In this document: positions 46,225 through 56,541 of the stretch, in pieces | Layout of the letters: every line of letters starts with the position of its first letter | Position numbering within the stretch: position 1 is the first letter of the stretch | DNA from: Halieaceae bacterium | GTDB lineage: Bacteria; Pseudomonadota; Gammaproteobacteria; Pseudomonadales; Halieaceae | Assembly (NCBI GenBank): GCA_023253715.1 | Contig: JALRFH010000186.1 | Span: 1 to 61,671 of the forward strand | Direction: 5' to 3' | DNA length: 61,671 nucleotides | The notes under the pieces: generated by a model | Told to the model about the DNA's origin: nothing | Database searches by the model: none | What the model saw: the letters and a program-made list of their open reading frames with translations, nothing else | Made by a program: the position numbers and the translations under genes

Positions 46225-47160
46225 ATGACTAACAAACACAAAGCCAAGAGTAAAAAATCTGAACTCGAGGTTAAAAAAGAAACCAAAAAAGAAACCAAAA
46301 AAGACGCTAAGAAGTCGGATTCGGGTAAAAGCCAAAAAGACGAAAAGCTGCAAAAAGTGCTAGCGCGCGCAGGTTTGGGTTCGCGTCGAGAGATGGAAAG
46401 ATGGATCTCGGACGGTAGAGTCAAATTAGATGGGCGTATCGCTGAATTGGGCGATCGAGTCTGTGATGACGCGGTGATTGAAGTGGATGGCCAAGCTTTG
46501 TCCAGAGCCCCCGCGGAGGCCGTTCGCTGTTTGCTGTATCACAAGCCCACCGGCGAAGTCTGCACACGCAGGGACCCAGAGGGGCGCCCCACTGTATTTG
46601 AGCGCTTGCCCAAAGTAAAAGGTGGGCGCTGGATCAGTATCGGGCGATTAGACTACAACACATCGGGATTGTTGCTGTTCACCACCGACGGTGAGTTGGC
46701 CAACGCCTTAATGCATCCCTCTGCCGTGATTGAACGCGAGTACATGGTTCGTGTTATGGGTGAATGGGATACTGATACTCTGCAGCGTCTGATTAATGGT
46801 GTCGAGCTGGACGATGGGTTTGCTCGCTTTACCGATATCCAAGATGGCGGTGGCGATGGGATTAACCACTGGTTTTACGTCGTGCTCATGGAGGGCCGCA
46901 ATCGAGAAGTTCGACGCCTTTGGGAGTCACAAGGTTTAACCGTGTCGCGTTTAAAACGCGTTCGCTACGGTGAGGTGTTCATCCCCTCAAAGGTCAAGCA
47001 GGGCAAGTGGATGGAGCTTGAGCAGAAAGACGTCGATGTGCTGTACGCGATGGCCCAGCTACCACCTAAAGCTGTTCCGGAGTTGTCGGTTGAAGAGCGC
47101 AAGGCAATGGATCGACAGCTGAAAAAGGCCAAAGCGAAGAAGGTGAAGAAGTCTCGATAG
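46225..47160 (+). CDS. rluB: 23S rRNA pseudouridine 2605 synthase
   Basis: S4 domain [34 protein letters not shown]. Confidence 0.92.
   Translation: MTNKHKAKSKKSELEVKKETKKETKKDAKKSDSGKSQKDEKLQKVLARAGLGSRREMERWISDGRVKLDGRIAELGDRVCDDAVIEVDGQALSRAPAEAVRCLLYHKPTGEVCTRRDPEGRPTVFERLPKVKGGRWISIGRLDYNTSGLLLFTTDGELANALMHPSAVIEREYMVRVMGEWDTDTLQRLINGVELDDGFARFTDIQDGGGDGINHWFYVVLMEGRNREVRRLWESQGLTVSRLKRVRYGEVFIPSKVKQGKWMELEQKDVDVLYAMAQLPPKAVPELSVEERKAMDRQLKKAKAKKVKKSR
46273..46308 (+). repeat. In-frame 12-bp tandem repeat encoding [12 protein letters not shown]
   Basis: AAAAAAGAAACC twice, then AAAAAAGACGCT. Confidence 0.8.
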
Positions 47161-47163
47161 CGC

Positions 47164-47916
47164 TTATTTTTGCAAATCGATGCTAGCGCCGCGCACTGCC
47201 TTGGCGCTATCGCTCAATAAGAACAAGTAGGCGGGTACTAGGCTTTCGGCGCTGGCGATACTGTCGGGCGACTCTCCCGGGAAAGCGGCGCGTCGCATCT
47301 TGGTGTTGGTTGCCCCCGGATTGACGCAGTTCACTCGGATACCATCGGTTTCGAGTTCTGCCGCGAGGATGCCGGCAATGGCTTCTGTGGCAAATTTAGA
47401 GGCTGAATACGCGCCCCAAAATGCACGTGCTTGGCGGCCCACGCCGCTGCTTGTGAAGATGATCGAGGCGGCATCGGATTCGCGCAAAAGGGCTAGCATT
47501 GCTTTCGTCAGTACCACCGGTGCGAAAGCATTGACATGCATTACTTGAGACCACTCGCTCAGGTTGGTGGTCGCAATCGGACCTAACTTACCCAACAAGC
47601 TCGCATTGTGCACGAGGCCATCAAGGCGACCAAACGCTTCGCCAATCATGTGGCTCAGCTGGTTGGCTTGCTGTTCGTCAAGTTTGCTCAAGTCCATGGG
47701 GATGACCACGGGTTCGTTTAGCCCCTCACTCACAATTTGATCGTAGACGCTATTTAGGTTCTCTTCGTTACGACCCAGCAGTAACACCGTTGCTCCGGCA
47801 CGCGCAGCACCCAGTGCGAGCTGTGCACCAATGCCTGCACCTGCGCCAGTAATTAAAATCACTTTGTTGTGCAGTTCGACGCTCGGGTTTTGGGGCGCTA
47901 TGTCTGAGTAGTTCAT
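47164..47916 (-). CDS. yciK: YciK-family SDR oxidoreductase
   Basis: TGAGAGIG, HNAS, TSSGVG, WGAYSASK, NPGAT. Confidence 0.88.
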   Translation of the reverse strand: MNYSDIAPQNPSVELHNKVILITGAGAGIGAQLALGAARAGATVLLLGRNEENLNSVYDQIVSEGLNEPVVIPMDLSKLDEQQANQLSHMIGEAFGRLDGLVHNASLLGKLGPIATTNLSEWSQVMHVNAFAPVVLTKAMLALLRESDAASIIFTSSGVGRQARAFWGAYSASKFATEAIAGILAAELETDGIRVNCVNPGATNTKMRRAAFPGESPDSIASAESLVPAYLFLLSDSAKAVRGASIDLQK

Positions 47917-48584
47917 GTCCAGTCCTTAATGACTTGGTGTAAATCTTCGCTTTTGTAGCAAACAATATCCGCGTTCCAGTTTTCTGCTTCTGCGGGCGTG
48001 TCGATGTAACCCCAAGCAGCAGCGATGGTGCGCATGCCGGCGGCCTTGCCGGCCTGCACGTCGCGGATGTGATCGCCAACAAATACGACCTCATGGGGGG
48101 CGAGTTTTAGATGCTGACAATTCAATAGTAAGGGCTCAGGATCGGGTTTCGGTTTGCTGACATGGTCTGGGCAAACCACGGTACTTGGTGTGCTATGCAA
48201 GGCCATTTGTGTTAGCAGGGCATTGGTATACAAACTGGGTTTGTTGGTCGAAATTCCCCAAGCAATGCCGCTTGCGTCAAAGTGGCTCAGCAAGTTGGCA
48301 AGCCCCGGGTAGAGAGCGGCGTACAAACCGATTACTTTAAGGTAGTGTTGCAGCAATAATTGGCGCGTGGGCTCAAAGGCAGGATTGTCGACACTTAGCC
48401 CTAGGGTATTGCGAACTAGACCGGCCGAGCCATCGGAGATGGCGGTGCGAATGCCCGATTCTGTCAGAGCGTCTTGGCCCAAACTCGCTCGTATTTGGTT
48501 CAGTGCCCAGAGGAAATCTGGGGCGGTATCGACCAACGTGCCATCCAAATCGAACAGCACCGCTTTGATTGGCGACCGCCTCAT
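47913..48584 (-). CDS. HAD-IA phosphatase (Gph-like; MupP candidate by synteny)
   Basis: [27 protein letters not shown]; lies between ubiG and yciK. Confidence 0.85.
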   Translation of the reverse strand: MRRSPIKAVLFDLDGTLVDTAPDFLWALNQIRASLGQDALTESGIRTAISDGSAGLVRNTLGLSVDNPAFEPTRQLLLQHYLKVIGLYAALYPGLANLLSHFDASGIAWGISTNKPSLYTNALLTQMALHSTPSTVVCPDHVSKPKPDPEPLLLNCQHLKLAPHEVVFVGDHIRDVQAGKAAGMRTIAAAWGYIDTPAEAENWNADIVCYKSEDLHQVIKDWT

Positions 48585-49288
48585 GGTTTGTGTGTTCTGA
48601 CCATGTAATTGACGGAAACATCCCCCGCTTGCAAGCGATAGCGTTTGCTCAAAGGGTTGTAGCTTAACCCAATCATGTCATCTAAGTTCAGTCCTGCTGC
48701 TCTGATCCAGTGTGCAAGTTCAGCGGGCCGAATAAATTTTTGATAGTCGTGCGTGCCTTTGGGGAGTAGGTTCAACACATATTCTGCACCCACGATGGCA
48801 AACGCATAAGCCTTCGGGTTTCGATTGATGGTGCTGAAATACAGCGAAGCGCCGGGTTTGGCGAGTCGAGCGCAGGCCGCGATGACCGAGGCGGGATCCG
48901 GCACATGCTCTAACATTTCCAGGCAGCAAACAACATCGTAAGATTCGGGTTCTTCCTCGGCGGCTTGTTCAGCGGTGCTTCGTCGGTAGGTGACATTTGC
49001 GCCAGATTCCAGTTTGTGCAGTTCCGCCACCGCCAGTGGCGCCTCCCCCATATCGATGCCAGTGACCTCGGCGCCACGCAAAGCGAGCGATTCAGACAGA
49101 ATGCCGCCGCCGCAGCCGACGTCTATGACGCGGCGCTCCGCGACTGGCGAGTGGGTGTCAATGTAGTTAGCACGCAGGGGGTTGATCTGGTGAAGCGGTT
49201 TAAACTCGCCCTGTTCGTCCCACCAGCGAGAGGCTAACGCTTCAAACTTACTGATCTCGTCGTGATCGACATTGATGTGCGCGGTCAT
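48581..49288 (-). CDS. ubiG: Ubiquinone biosynthesis O-methyltransferase
   Basis: [37 protein letters not shown]. Confidence 0.96.
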   Translation of the reverse strand: MTAHINVDHDEISKFEALASRWWDEQGEFKPLHQINPLRANYIDTHSPVAERRVIDVGCGGGILSESLALRGAEVTGIDMGEAPLAVAELHKLESGANVTYRRSTAEQAAEEEPESYDVVCCLEMLEHVPDPASVIAACARLAKPGASLYFSTINRNPKAYAFAIVGAEYVLNLLPKGTHDYQKFIRPAELAHWIRAAGLNLDDMIGLSYNPLSKRYRLQAGDVSVNYMVRTHKP

Positions 49289-50631
49289 GGTGTGTCCTTA
49301 GGGTATGCGGTATCGCTCTTGCTGCCAGCTATTTTGGCGCGCCATGCCTGAGCGGTTCGGATGATCTGGGGTTCATCCAGCGTTTGCAGTTTACCATTAT
49401 TTAAAAGGCAGCGACCAGCGACCCAGCTATGCTGTACATGTGCGCCATGGCCCGCGTACACCACTTGCGAAATCGGGTTGTGTAGTGGTTGCATGGCGGC
49501 TGCATCAAAGTTAACCGCAATCATGTCGGCCCATTTGCCATAGCTCAGACTCCCTGTCTCGTGATCCAAGCCAAGCGCTTTTGCACCACCTAGGGTTGCC
49601 ATGTGCAGAGCTTGCTCGGCGTTTAATGTGGCGGGATCTTCGCTACTGAGTTTGGCCAGCAGTGCGGCCAGCCTGACCTCGGCAAATAAGTTTAGCCCGT
49701 TGTTTGAGGCCGCGCCATCGGTTCCAATGGCGAGGTTAATACCCGCGTTTAACAGGTCGTTGACGGGGCAAATGCCCGATGCGAGCTTCATGTTAGAGCT
49801 TGGACAGTGAATGACGTGTGAGCCCGAGTCGGCGATGACTCGGATGTCATCCTTGCTGAGCCACACCATATGCACACACTGCATGTGCGGGCCAAGCATG
49901 CCAAGCCGGTTGAGCGTAGCTATGGGGCGCTCACCATTCATTTCTACCGCGTGAAGTACTTCGGGTCTGGTCTCGTGGACATGCATCTGTATTCCCATTT
50001 CCAGCTCATTGGCGAGTGTCGCGATTTTAGCGATCTCCTTTTCGTCCAATGAGTAAGGTGAGTGGGGGCCAAAGATGACGGAAATCAGTTCGCTCGATTT
50101 GAAGGTGTCGCGAACTGAAAGCCCTTTGCTTAGGTATTCGGCGGGCGTTTTCGCCCACTGGGTCGGCACGTTAATGATAGGGAAGTTTACTTGACAGCGA
50201 AGGCCAGCATCACTGGCGGCTTGTGCTGTTCGGTCTGGAAAAAAGTATTGATCGCTGAAGGTCGTGGTGCCTGTTTTGATCATTTCTGCCATGGCGATAT
50301 TGACGCCATCCGTCACGAAGTCGCCGTCAACCCAGCGGCCTTCCGTGGGCCAAATGTGATTCTGTAGCCAAGGCGTTAGTGCTAAATCGTCGGCAAATCC
50401 GCGTAACAAAGTCATTGCTGCATGACCGTGGCAGTTGATTAAGCCTGGCATGAGTAGATGGTTGCCCAGCTCTATCTGTTGTGCATTGGGGTTTCTGGGC
50501 GCTTCCTGTGTGGGTAGAAGCGCTTCAATCCGGCCTCGTTGATCAACGCAAAGCGTATGGTTTTTGAGTACCCCCGAGTTGGCGTCGCCGGTGTATACCC
50601 AGGCTGCATGTAGCTCTAGTGGGGTTGGCAT
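49285..50631 (-). CDS. mtaD: TRZ/ATZ-family amidohydrolase (MTA/SAH deaminase-like)
   Basis: [42 protein letters not shown]; ubiG-gyrA context. Confidence 0.85.
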   Translation of the reverse strand: MPTPLELHAAWVYTGDANSGVLKNHTLCVDQRGRIEALLPTQEAPRNPNAQQIELGNHLLMPGLINCHGHAAMTLLRGFADDLALTPWLQNHIWPTEGRWVDGDFVTDGVNIAMAEMIKTGTTTFSDQYFFPDRTAQAASDAGLRCQVNFPIINVPTQWAKTPAEYLSKGLSVRDTFKSSELISVIFGPHSPYSLDEKEIAKIATLANELEMGIQMHVHETRPEVLHAVEMNGERPIATLNRLGMLGPHMQCVHMVWLSKDDIRVIADSGSHVIHCPSSNMKLASGICPVNDLLNAGINLAIGTDGAASNNGLNLFAEVRLAALLAKLSSEDPATLNAEQALHMATLGGAKALGLDHETGSLSYGKWADMIAVNFDAAAMQPLHNPISQVVYAGHGAHVQHSWVAGRCLLNNGKLQTLDEPQIIRTAQAWRAKIAGSKSDTAYPKDTP

Positions 50632-50682
50632 AGGACTTCCTTTTTGATTTGCGCAGGGTTCGTATTGCGCAGTATATCGGAA

Positions 50683-50724
50683 TTTTTACGGATCGATTCT
50701 TATCGATCGGTGGAACCGTAAAAA
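50683..50724. repeat. Nested inverted repeat in the divergent mtaD/gyrA promoter region
   Basis: TTTTTACGG...CCGTAAAAA outer arms enclosing GATCGAT-TCTT-ATCGATC; TATAAT at 50750-50755. Confidence 0.65.
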
Positions 50725-50833
50725 ATTAGCGGTCAGAGCCCTGAAAGCGTATAATCGTCGGATTAAAAAGAAGGGTTCATTGTCGGCGCTGTGCTGGCCC
50801 TTGTAACCCGCAGACAGGGGTGTTTTAGAGCCT

Positions 50834-53410
50834 ATGGGCGAGTTAGCAAAAGAAATATTTCCAGTAAATATCGAAGACGAACTCAAGCAGTCGTACCTAG
50901 ATTACGCCATGAGCGTTATCGTAGGGCGCGCCCTGCCTGATGTGCGTGATGGGCTTAAGCCGGTGCACCGGCGCGTGTTGTTCGCGATGAATGAGTTGTC
51001 GAATGACTGGAATAAAGCTTACAAAAAATCGGCCCGTGTCGTGGGGGATGTGATTGGTAAATATCACCCACATGGCGACTCAGCGGTATACGATACCATT
51101 GTTCGTATGGCGCAACCCTTCTCGTTGCGTTACATGTTGGTGGACGGTCAAGGTAACTTCGGTTCGATCGATGGCGACTCTGCCGCCGCGATGCGTTACA
51201 CCGAAATCCGTATGCGCAAAATCGCACACGCCATGTTGGCGGATTTGGATAAAGAGACCGTCGACTTTGTCGACAACTATGATGGCACCGAAAAAATCCC
51301 AGCGGTATTGCCTACGCGAATCCCGAATTTGCTGATCAATGGGTCTTCGGGTATTGCGGTTGGCATGGCGACCAATATTCCACCGCATAATATGACAGAG
51401 GTCATCAGCGCTTGCATGGCGCTGTTGAACAACCCAGAAATTACCATCGATGAATTGATGGAGCACATTCCGGGTCCCGATTTTCCCACCGGTGCAATCA
51501 TCAGCGGTCGTGCGGGCATCTTGCAGGCCTATCGAACTGGACGGGGTCGTATTTACGTCCGGGCTAAAGCTGAGGTCATTACCGACGAGGCGAAAAACCG
51601 CGACACCATTATCATCCATGAAATTCCTTATCAGCTGAACAAGGCCCGTTTGATCGAGCGCATCGCTGAATTGGTGAAAGAAAAGAAAATCGAAGGTATC
51701 TCTGAGCTCCGCGATGAATCCGATAAAGACGGTCTGCGTGTCGTTATCGAACTTAAGCGCGGCGAAATGGGTGATGTTGTATTGAACAACCTGTACGCCC
51801 AGACCCAGCTGCAGTCGGTATTCGGTATCAATATGGTGGCCCTCGAGAACGGTCAGCCTAAGGTGATGAACCTGAAGGAAATTATTGATGCCTTCTTGCG
51901 CCATCGCCGCGAGGTGGTGACTCGCCGTACGGTGTATTTGTTGCGCAAGGCGCGAGAACGCGGTCATCTGCTCGAAGGCTTGGCCATTGCCCTGGCTAAC
52001 ATTGATCCCATTATCGAGTTGATCAAGAACTCTCCGAGCCCAGCGGATGCCCGCGAGGGCTTGTTAGCCAAGGTGTGGTCGCCCGGCGATGTGGTGGCGA
52101 TGCTTGAACAGGCGGGCGAAGACGCTTGCCGGCCCGACGATCTGCCTGATGAGTACGGTTTGCATGACGGTATGTACCGTTTGTCACCGGCACAAGCGCA
52201 AGCGATTTTGGAGTTGAGGTTACACCGCTTAACGGGTCTTGAGCATGAGAAGCTGTTGAATGAATACCAAGAGAAGCTAAAGGAAATCGCCGATTATTTG
52301 CACATATTGGCCGATTCGGAGCGGCTGAAGCAGGTCATCCGTGAAGAGCTTGAAGAGGTGGTCGAAGAATTTGGGGATGAGCGTTTAACTGAAATTGTCG
52401 ATTCTCAGCACGACTTATCGGTAGAGGATCTGATTACACCGGAAGATCGCGTCGTGACCATATCGCACGGTGGCTACGCGAAAACACAGCCATTGTCAGA
52501 CTACCAGGCCCAGCGACGTGGCGGCATGGGTAAAAGCGCGACGGCAGTGAAAGAGGAAGACTTTGTTGAGCATCTTTTGGTGGCCTCAACGCATTCGACC
52601 ATTTTGTGTTTCACCAATTTAGGCAAGGTCTACTGGTTGAAGGTGTACCAAATTCCTGTGGCGGGGCGTCAATCTCGCGGCCGGCCCATGGTGAACTTGT
52701 TGCCACTCGACCCAGGTGAACGTGTTACGTCGATTCTGCCCGTGGCGGAGTATACCGAAGATCATTACATCTTCATGGCAACCTCTAAAGGTATTGTCAA
52801 GAAAACCGCGTTGACGGATTTTTCGCGTCCGCGCAGTGTGGGTTTACGTGCACTGGAATTGGCCGAGGACGACGTGCTGGTTGGAACGGCGATTACACAC
52901 GGCGAATCGGATGTGATGCTGATGAGCAGTGCGGGTAAGGCCGTGCGCTTTGCAGAGCAAGATGTGCGTCCAATGGGGCGAACTGCGCGTGGTGTACGAG
53001 GCATTCGAATGGCCGATGAAGACGAGATGATCGCTCTGATTATCCCTCAGGAAGACAGCTATGTCTTAACGGCAAGTGCAAATGGTTATGGTAAGAAAAC
53101 AATGGCCTCTGAGTTTCCTCGCAAAGGCCGCGGCACCAAAGGCGTAATTGCTATGGTGACCAACGATCGCAATGGGCCATTGGTAGGTGCGGTTCAGGTC
53201 AGTGAGGGTGATGAACTGATGCTGATTTCGAACCAGGGGACGATGGTGCGCACTCGAGTCTCTGAAATTTCTACGCTCGGCAGGAATACTCAGGGTGTTA
53301 GGGTGATCCGTCTGAAAGAGGGCGAAGAGTTGGTGCGTATCACGCAAATTGAGGAATCAGACGAGCTGCCGGGTGACGCTGCTGCGGCTGAAGGCGATAA
53401 CGCCGAGTAA
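50834..53410 (+). CDS. gyrA: DNA gyrase subunit A
   Basis: [33 protein letters not shown], GyrA box QRRGGMG, beta-pinwheel repeats. Confidence 0.98.
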   Translation: MGELAKEIFPVNIEDELKQSYLDYAMSVIVGRALPDVRDGLKPVHRRVLFAMNELSNDWNKAYKKSARVVGDVIGKYHPHGDSAVYDTIVRMAQPFSLRYMLVDGQGNFGSIDGDSAAAMRYTEIRMRKIAHAMLADLDKETVDFVDNYDGTEKIPAVLPTRIPNLLINGSSGIAVGMATNIPPHNMTEVISACMALLNNPEITIDELMEHIPGPDFPTGAIISGRAGILQAYRTGRGRIYVRAKAEVITDEAKNRDTIIIHEIPYQLNKARLIERIAELVKEKKIEGISELRDESDKDGLRVVIELKRGEMGDVVLNNLYAQTQLQSVFGINMVALENGQPKVMNLKEIIDAFLRHRREVVTRRTVYLLRKARERGHLLEGLAIALANIDPIIELIKNSPSPADAREGLLAKVWSPGDVVAMLEQAGEDACRPDDLPDEYGLHDGMYRLSPAQAQAILELRLHRLTGLEHEKLLNEYQEKLKEIADYLHILADSERLKQVIREELEEVVEEFGDERLTEIVDSQHDLSVEDLITPEDRVVTISHGGYAKTQPLSDYQAQRRGGMGKSATAVKEEDFVEHLLVASTHSTILCFTNLGKVYWLKVYQIPVAGRQSRGRPMVNLLPLDPGERVTSILPVAEYTEDHYIFMATSKGIVKKTALTDFSRPRSVGLRALELAEDDVLVGTAITHGESDVMLMSSAGKAVRFAEQDVRPMGRTARGVRGIRMADEDEMIALIIPQEDSYVLTASANGYGKKTMASEFPRKGRGTKGVIAMVTNDRNGPLVGAVQVSEGDELMLISNQGTMVRTRVSEISTLGRNTQGVRVIRLKEGEELVRITQIEESDELPGDAAAAEGDNAE

Positions 53411-53429
53411 ACTAGTACAAGGAAAACTC

Positions 53430-54509
53430 ATGTCCAGAGTGTTTAATTTTTGCGCGGGGCCAGCGGCCTTGCCTGAAGCTGTGTTGTCTAAGGCCCAAGC
53501 GGATCTCACCGATTGGCAGGGGCGTGGTTTGTCTATTATGGAGATGAGCCACCGCAGCGATGAAATTGTTGCGATTGCCACAGAAGCGGAAGCTTCGTTA
53601 CGTCGGTTGATGGGCATCAGCGATGATTACGCTGTGTTGTTTTTGCAGGGTGGCGCAAGCCAACAGTTTGCTGCTGTACCCCTGAATTTGGCCGCAGGAA
53701 ACCAAGCGGTGGATTATGTCAATACTGGGCAATGGTCGAAAAAAGCGATTTCTGAGGCGAAGCGCTTTGCCGATGTTGCGGTGGTTGCGTCGTCTGAAGA
53801 CCGTAACTTCACTTACGTTCCTGCGGTGGATTCGTGGGCGCGCCGCGAGCACGCGGCCTACCTGCATATTTGCCCGAACGAGACCATCGGTGGTGTTGCG
53901 TATAGTGAGTTGCCGACCGGTGATACGCCGATTGTCGCCGATATGTCCTCGACGATTTTGTCGCAACCAATCAATGTCAGTGACTACGGTGTAATTTACG
54001 CCGGAGCGCAGAAAAATATTGGCCCCGCCGGTCTGACGGTTGTGATCGTCCGAAAAGATTTATTAGGTCGGGCGTCCGAACATTGCCCTACCATGTTGAA
54101 TTGGCAGGTGGCAGCAGAGAACGACTCGATGTATAACACACCGCCGACCTTCGCCATTTACTTGGCCGGTCTGGTGTTTGAGTGGCTCGAGGACTTAGGT
54201 GGGTTAAGTGCAATGGCTGCAATAAATCAGCGCAAGGCCGGAAAACTATATGATTACATTGATCAGTCGGGGTTTTACGCAAATCCTGTCGCTTTGGCTA
54301 ATCGATCCTTGATGAACGTACCGTTTACTTTGGCCGACGCGGCGCTCGACAAGGCGTTTTTGGCGGGCGCTGACGCTACAGGCTTGTTAAATCTTAAGGG
54401 GCATCGCTCGGTGGGTGGTATGCGCGCCTCGATTTACAATGCGGTACCCGAGGCGGGCGTTGACGCCTTGATTGATTACATGCGCGACTTTGCGAGTAAT
54501 AACGGATAA
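53430..54509 (+). CDS. serC: Phosphoserine aminotransferase
   Basis: NFCAGPA, EMSHRS, GAQKNIGP, GHRSVGGMRASIYNA. Confidence 0.97.
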   Translation: MSRVFNFCAGPAALPEAVLSKAQADLTDWQGRGLSIMEMSHRSDEIVAIATEAEASLRRLMGISDDYAVLFLQGGASQQFAAVPLNLAAGNQAVDYVNTGQWSKKAISEAKRFADVAVVASSEDRNFTYVPAVDSWARREHAAYLHICPNETIGGVAYSELPTGDTPIVADMSSTILSQPINVSDYGVIYAGAQKNIGPAGLTVVIVRKDLLGRASEHCPTMLNWQVAAENDSMYNTPPTFAIYLAGLVFEWLEDLGGLSAMAAINQRKAGKLYDYIDQSGFYANPVALANRSLMNVPFTLADAALDKAFLAGADATGLLNLKGHRSVGGMRASIYNAVPEAGVDALIDYMRDFASNNG

Positions 54510-54514
54510 ATCCA

Positions 54515-55642
54515 ATGAGTGAGACTCGGTCAACACCTGAATTGCTCGCTATTCGCCAGCGCATTGATGCCTTGGACAGCGAAATATTGCAGTTGATCAG
54601 CGAGCGCGCTCAGTGTGCTCAGCAGGTCGCTGAAATTAAGGTGGCTGAGGTGCTGGCATTGGCGCAAGAATCGGGGGCCTCGCCCGAACCGGTATTTTAT
54701 AGGCCGGAACGCGAGGCCCAAGTGCTGGCCAAGATTAAAGAGCGCAACCAAGGCCCCTTGGCCGATGATACGGTCGCTTATATTTTTCGAGAGATCATGT
54801 CAGCATGCTTGGCCCTAGAGCGACCTTTGCAGGTGGCCTACTTAGGGCCTGAGGGGACCTATACGCAGTCGGCGGCGATAAAACATTTCGGCCATGCGGC
54901 CGTGTGCGTGTCGCAGGGCACGATCGATCGCGTTTTTGCTGAGGTCGAATCGGGGGCGTGCCATTACGGAGTGGTTCCCGTCGAAAATTCCACGGAAGGT
55001 ATGGTCAGTCATACCTTGGACAGTTTTATCGATACGCCCTTGCACATCGTTGGCGAAGTCGAGATTCCTATTCATCATCATTTGTTGGCGTTGAAAGGCT
55101 CGTCAATGGCGGGTGTGACCAAAATTATTGCGCATCAACAGGCCTTAGCTCAGTGCCGCAATTGGTTGAATCACCACTGGCCCCACGTTGAATGGCAGGC
55201 GGTATCTAGCAATGGTGAAGCGGCTAAGCGTGCCGCCAAAGAACCCGGGGTGGCGGCCATTGCGGGCGATGCGGCGGCGGAGTTTTATGGCTTGGAAAAG
55301 CTCGCTGAGCGCATAGAAGACAACCCGGATAACACAACTCGATTTTTAATTATTGGCCGTGATGAAGTGCCTCCGAGCGGTGAAGACAAAACCTCACTTG
55401 TGGTTTCCTCGCGAAACAAGCCTGGTGCTTTGCTGGGATTGTTGGCGCCCTTTCAACGCGAGGGGATTAGCTTGACCCGAATTGATACACGCCCCTCGAA
55501 AACGGAAAAATGGGCTTACGTATTTTTTATTGAATTCGAAGGGCATTGCCAAGACAGTCAAGTCGCCTCGATTTTAACCGAGCTGGAAGAACAATCGATA
55601 TTGATCAAGGTGTTGGGTTCGTATCCAAGGGCTGTGCTGTAA
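54515..55642 (+). CDS. pheA: Chorismate mutase / prephenate dehydratase (P-protein)
   Basis: RQRIDALD, YRPERE, YLGPEGT, PVENSTEG, NTTRF, ACT domain. Confidence 0.96.
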   Translation: MSETRSTPELLAIRQRIDALDSEILQLISERAQCAQQVAEIKVAEVLALAQESGASPEPVFYRPEREAQVLAKIKERNQGPLADDTVAYIFREIMSACLALERPLQVAYLGPEGTYTQSAAIKHFGHAAVCVSQGTIDRVFAEVESGACHYGVVPVENSTEGMVSHTLDSFIDTPLHIVGEVEIPIHHHLLALKGSSMAGVTKIIAHQQALAQCRNWLNHHWPHVEWQAVSSNGEAAKRAAKEPGVAAIAGDAAAEFYGLEKLAERIEDNPDNTTRFLIIGRDEVPPSGEDKTSLVVSSRNKPGALLGLLAPFQREGISLTRIDTRPSKTEKWAYVFFIEFEGHCQDSQVASILTELEEQSILIKVLGSYPRAVL

Positions 55643-56541
55643 TGAAAATTGGGTTTTTGGGACTGGGCTTGATTGGCGCCTCTTTGGCGCGCGCGCTTCG
55701 CGGTCGACCAGAAATCAGCGAATTAATAGGTTATGGCCATCGAGCGTCAACGGTCGATGCGGCGCTGTCGATGGGTATTATTGATGGAGCTGTTGAGGAG
55801 CCTGAGCAGTTGCTCAGCGGCTGCGATGTTGTTGTGATTGCGACGCCAACATTGTTGGCGCAACGGCAGCTGGTCGATTTGGTACGCATTGCCCAGACGA
55901 TGGATTCGCCACCTATTTTGACCGATGTGGCATCGGTCAAAGGCAATCTTTGGCGAGCCATTGAGGCGATGGGTTTGCCCGCGTGGCCCGAGTATCTTGT
56001 GCTAGGGCATCCGATTGCCGGCTCAGAACGCTCAGGTGTGCACGCAGCCAAAGCCGATTTATTTGTGAATCATCGCGTGATTTTGACACCTCACGAGGAC
56101 ACTTCGCTGGCGGCGGTGCAATGCGTCTCGAATTTGTGGCAATGGGCCGGTGCTGAAGTGGTTTCAATGCCGGTGGAGCTGCACGATAAGGTGTTAGCGG
56201 CCACTAGCCATTTGCCTCATATGCTCGCCTTTTCGCTAGTGGATACGCTGGCTCAAAGTGAATATTCAGTCGATATCTTTCGATACGCGGCAGGGGGCTT
56301 TCGAGACTTTACGCGCATAGCATCCAGTGATCCTGTGATGTGGCGTGACATCGCACTAGCGAATAAGGACGAGGTGTTAGATGCGATCGATCACTTTAGC
56401 GCGGGGCTGAGGGCTTTGCGCACGGCAATAGAGCAGTCTGACAGTGAACAAATGATGCGCATTTTTGAACGAGCGAAAAACTCAAGAGATACTTTTGTGG
56501 TGAAGCAGAACGCAAGTAAGGACGTGACGGATGGAGTTTAA
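55642..56541 (+). CDS. tyrA: Prephenate/cyclohexadienyl dehydrogenase
   Basis: GLGLIGAS, TDVASVK, GHPIAGSE, HD...SHLPH, GGFRDFTRIA. Confidence 0.93.
   Translation: MKIGFLGLGLIGASLARALRGRPEISELIGYGHRASTVDAALSMGIIDGAVEEPEQLLSGCDVVVIATPTLLAQRQLVDLVRIAQTMDSPPILTDVASVKGNLWRAIEAMGLPAWPEYLVLGHPIAGSERSGVHAAKADLFVNHRVILTPHEDTSLAAVQCVSNLWQWAGAEVVSMPVELHDKVLAATSHLPHMLAFSLVDTLAQSEYSVDIFRYAAGGFRDFTRIASSDPVMWRDIALANKDEVLDAIDHFSAGLRALRTAIEQSDSEQMMRIFERAKNSRDTFVVKQNASKDVTDGV

Noticed and set aside
51080-51967. 295-aa antisense ORF inside gyrA, and similar long antisense ORFs in gspF, gspJ and scpA
   Set aside because: Shadow frames caused by codon bias of conserved genes; no recognisable motifs.
50834-53410. 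Intein or quinolone-resistance substitutions in gyrA
   Set aside because: Length is normal with no insertion after the catalytic Tyr, and the QRDR reads GDSAVYD (wild-type Ser and Asp).
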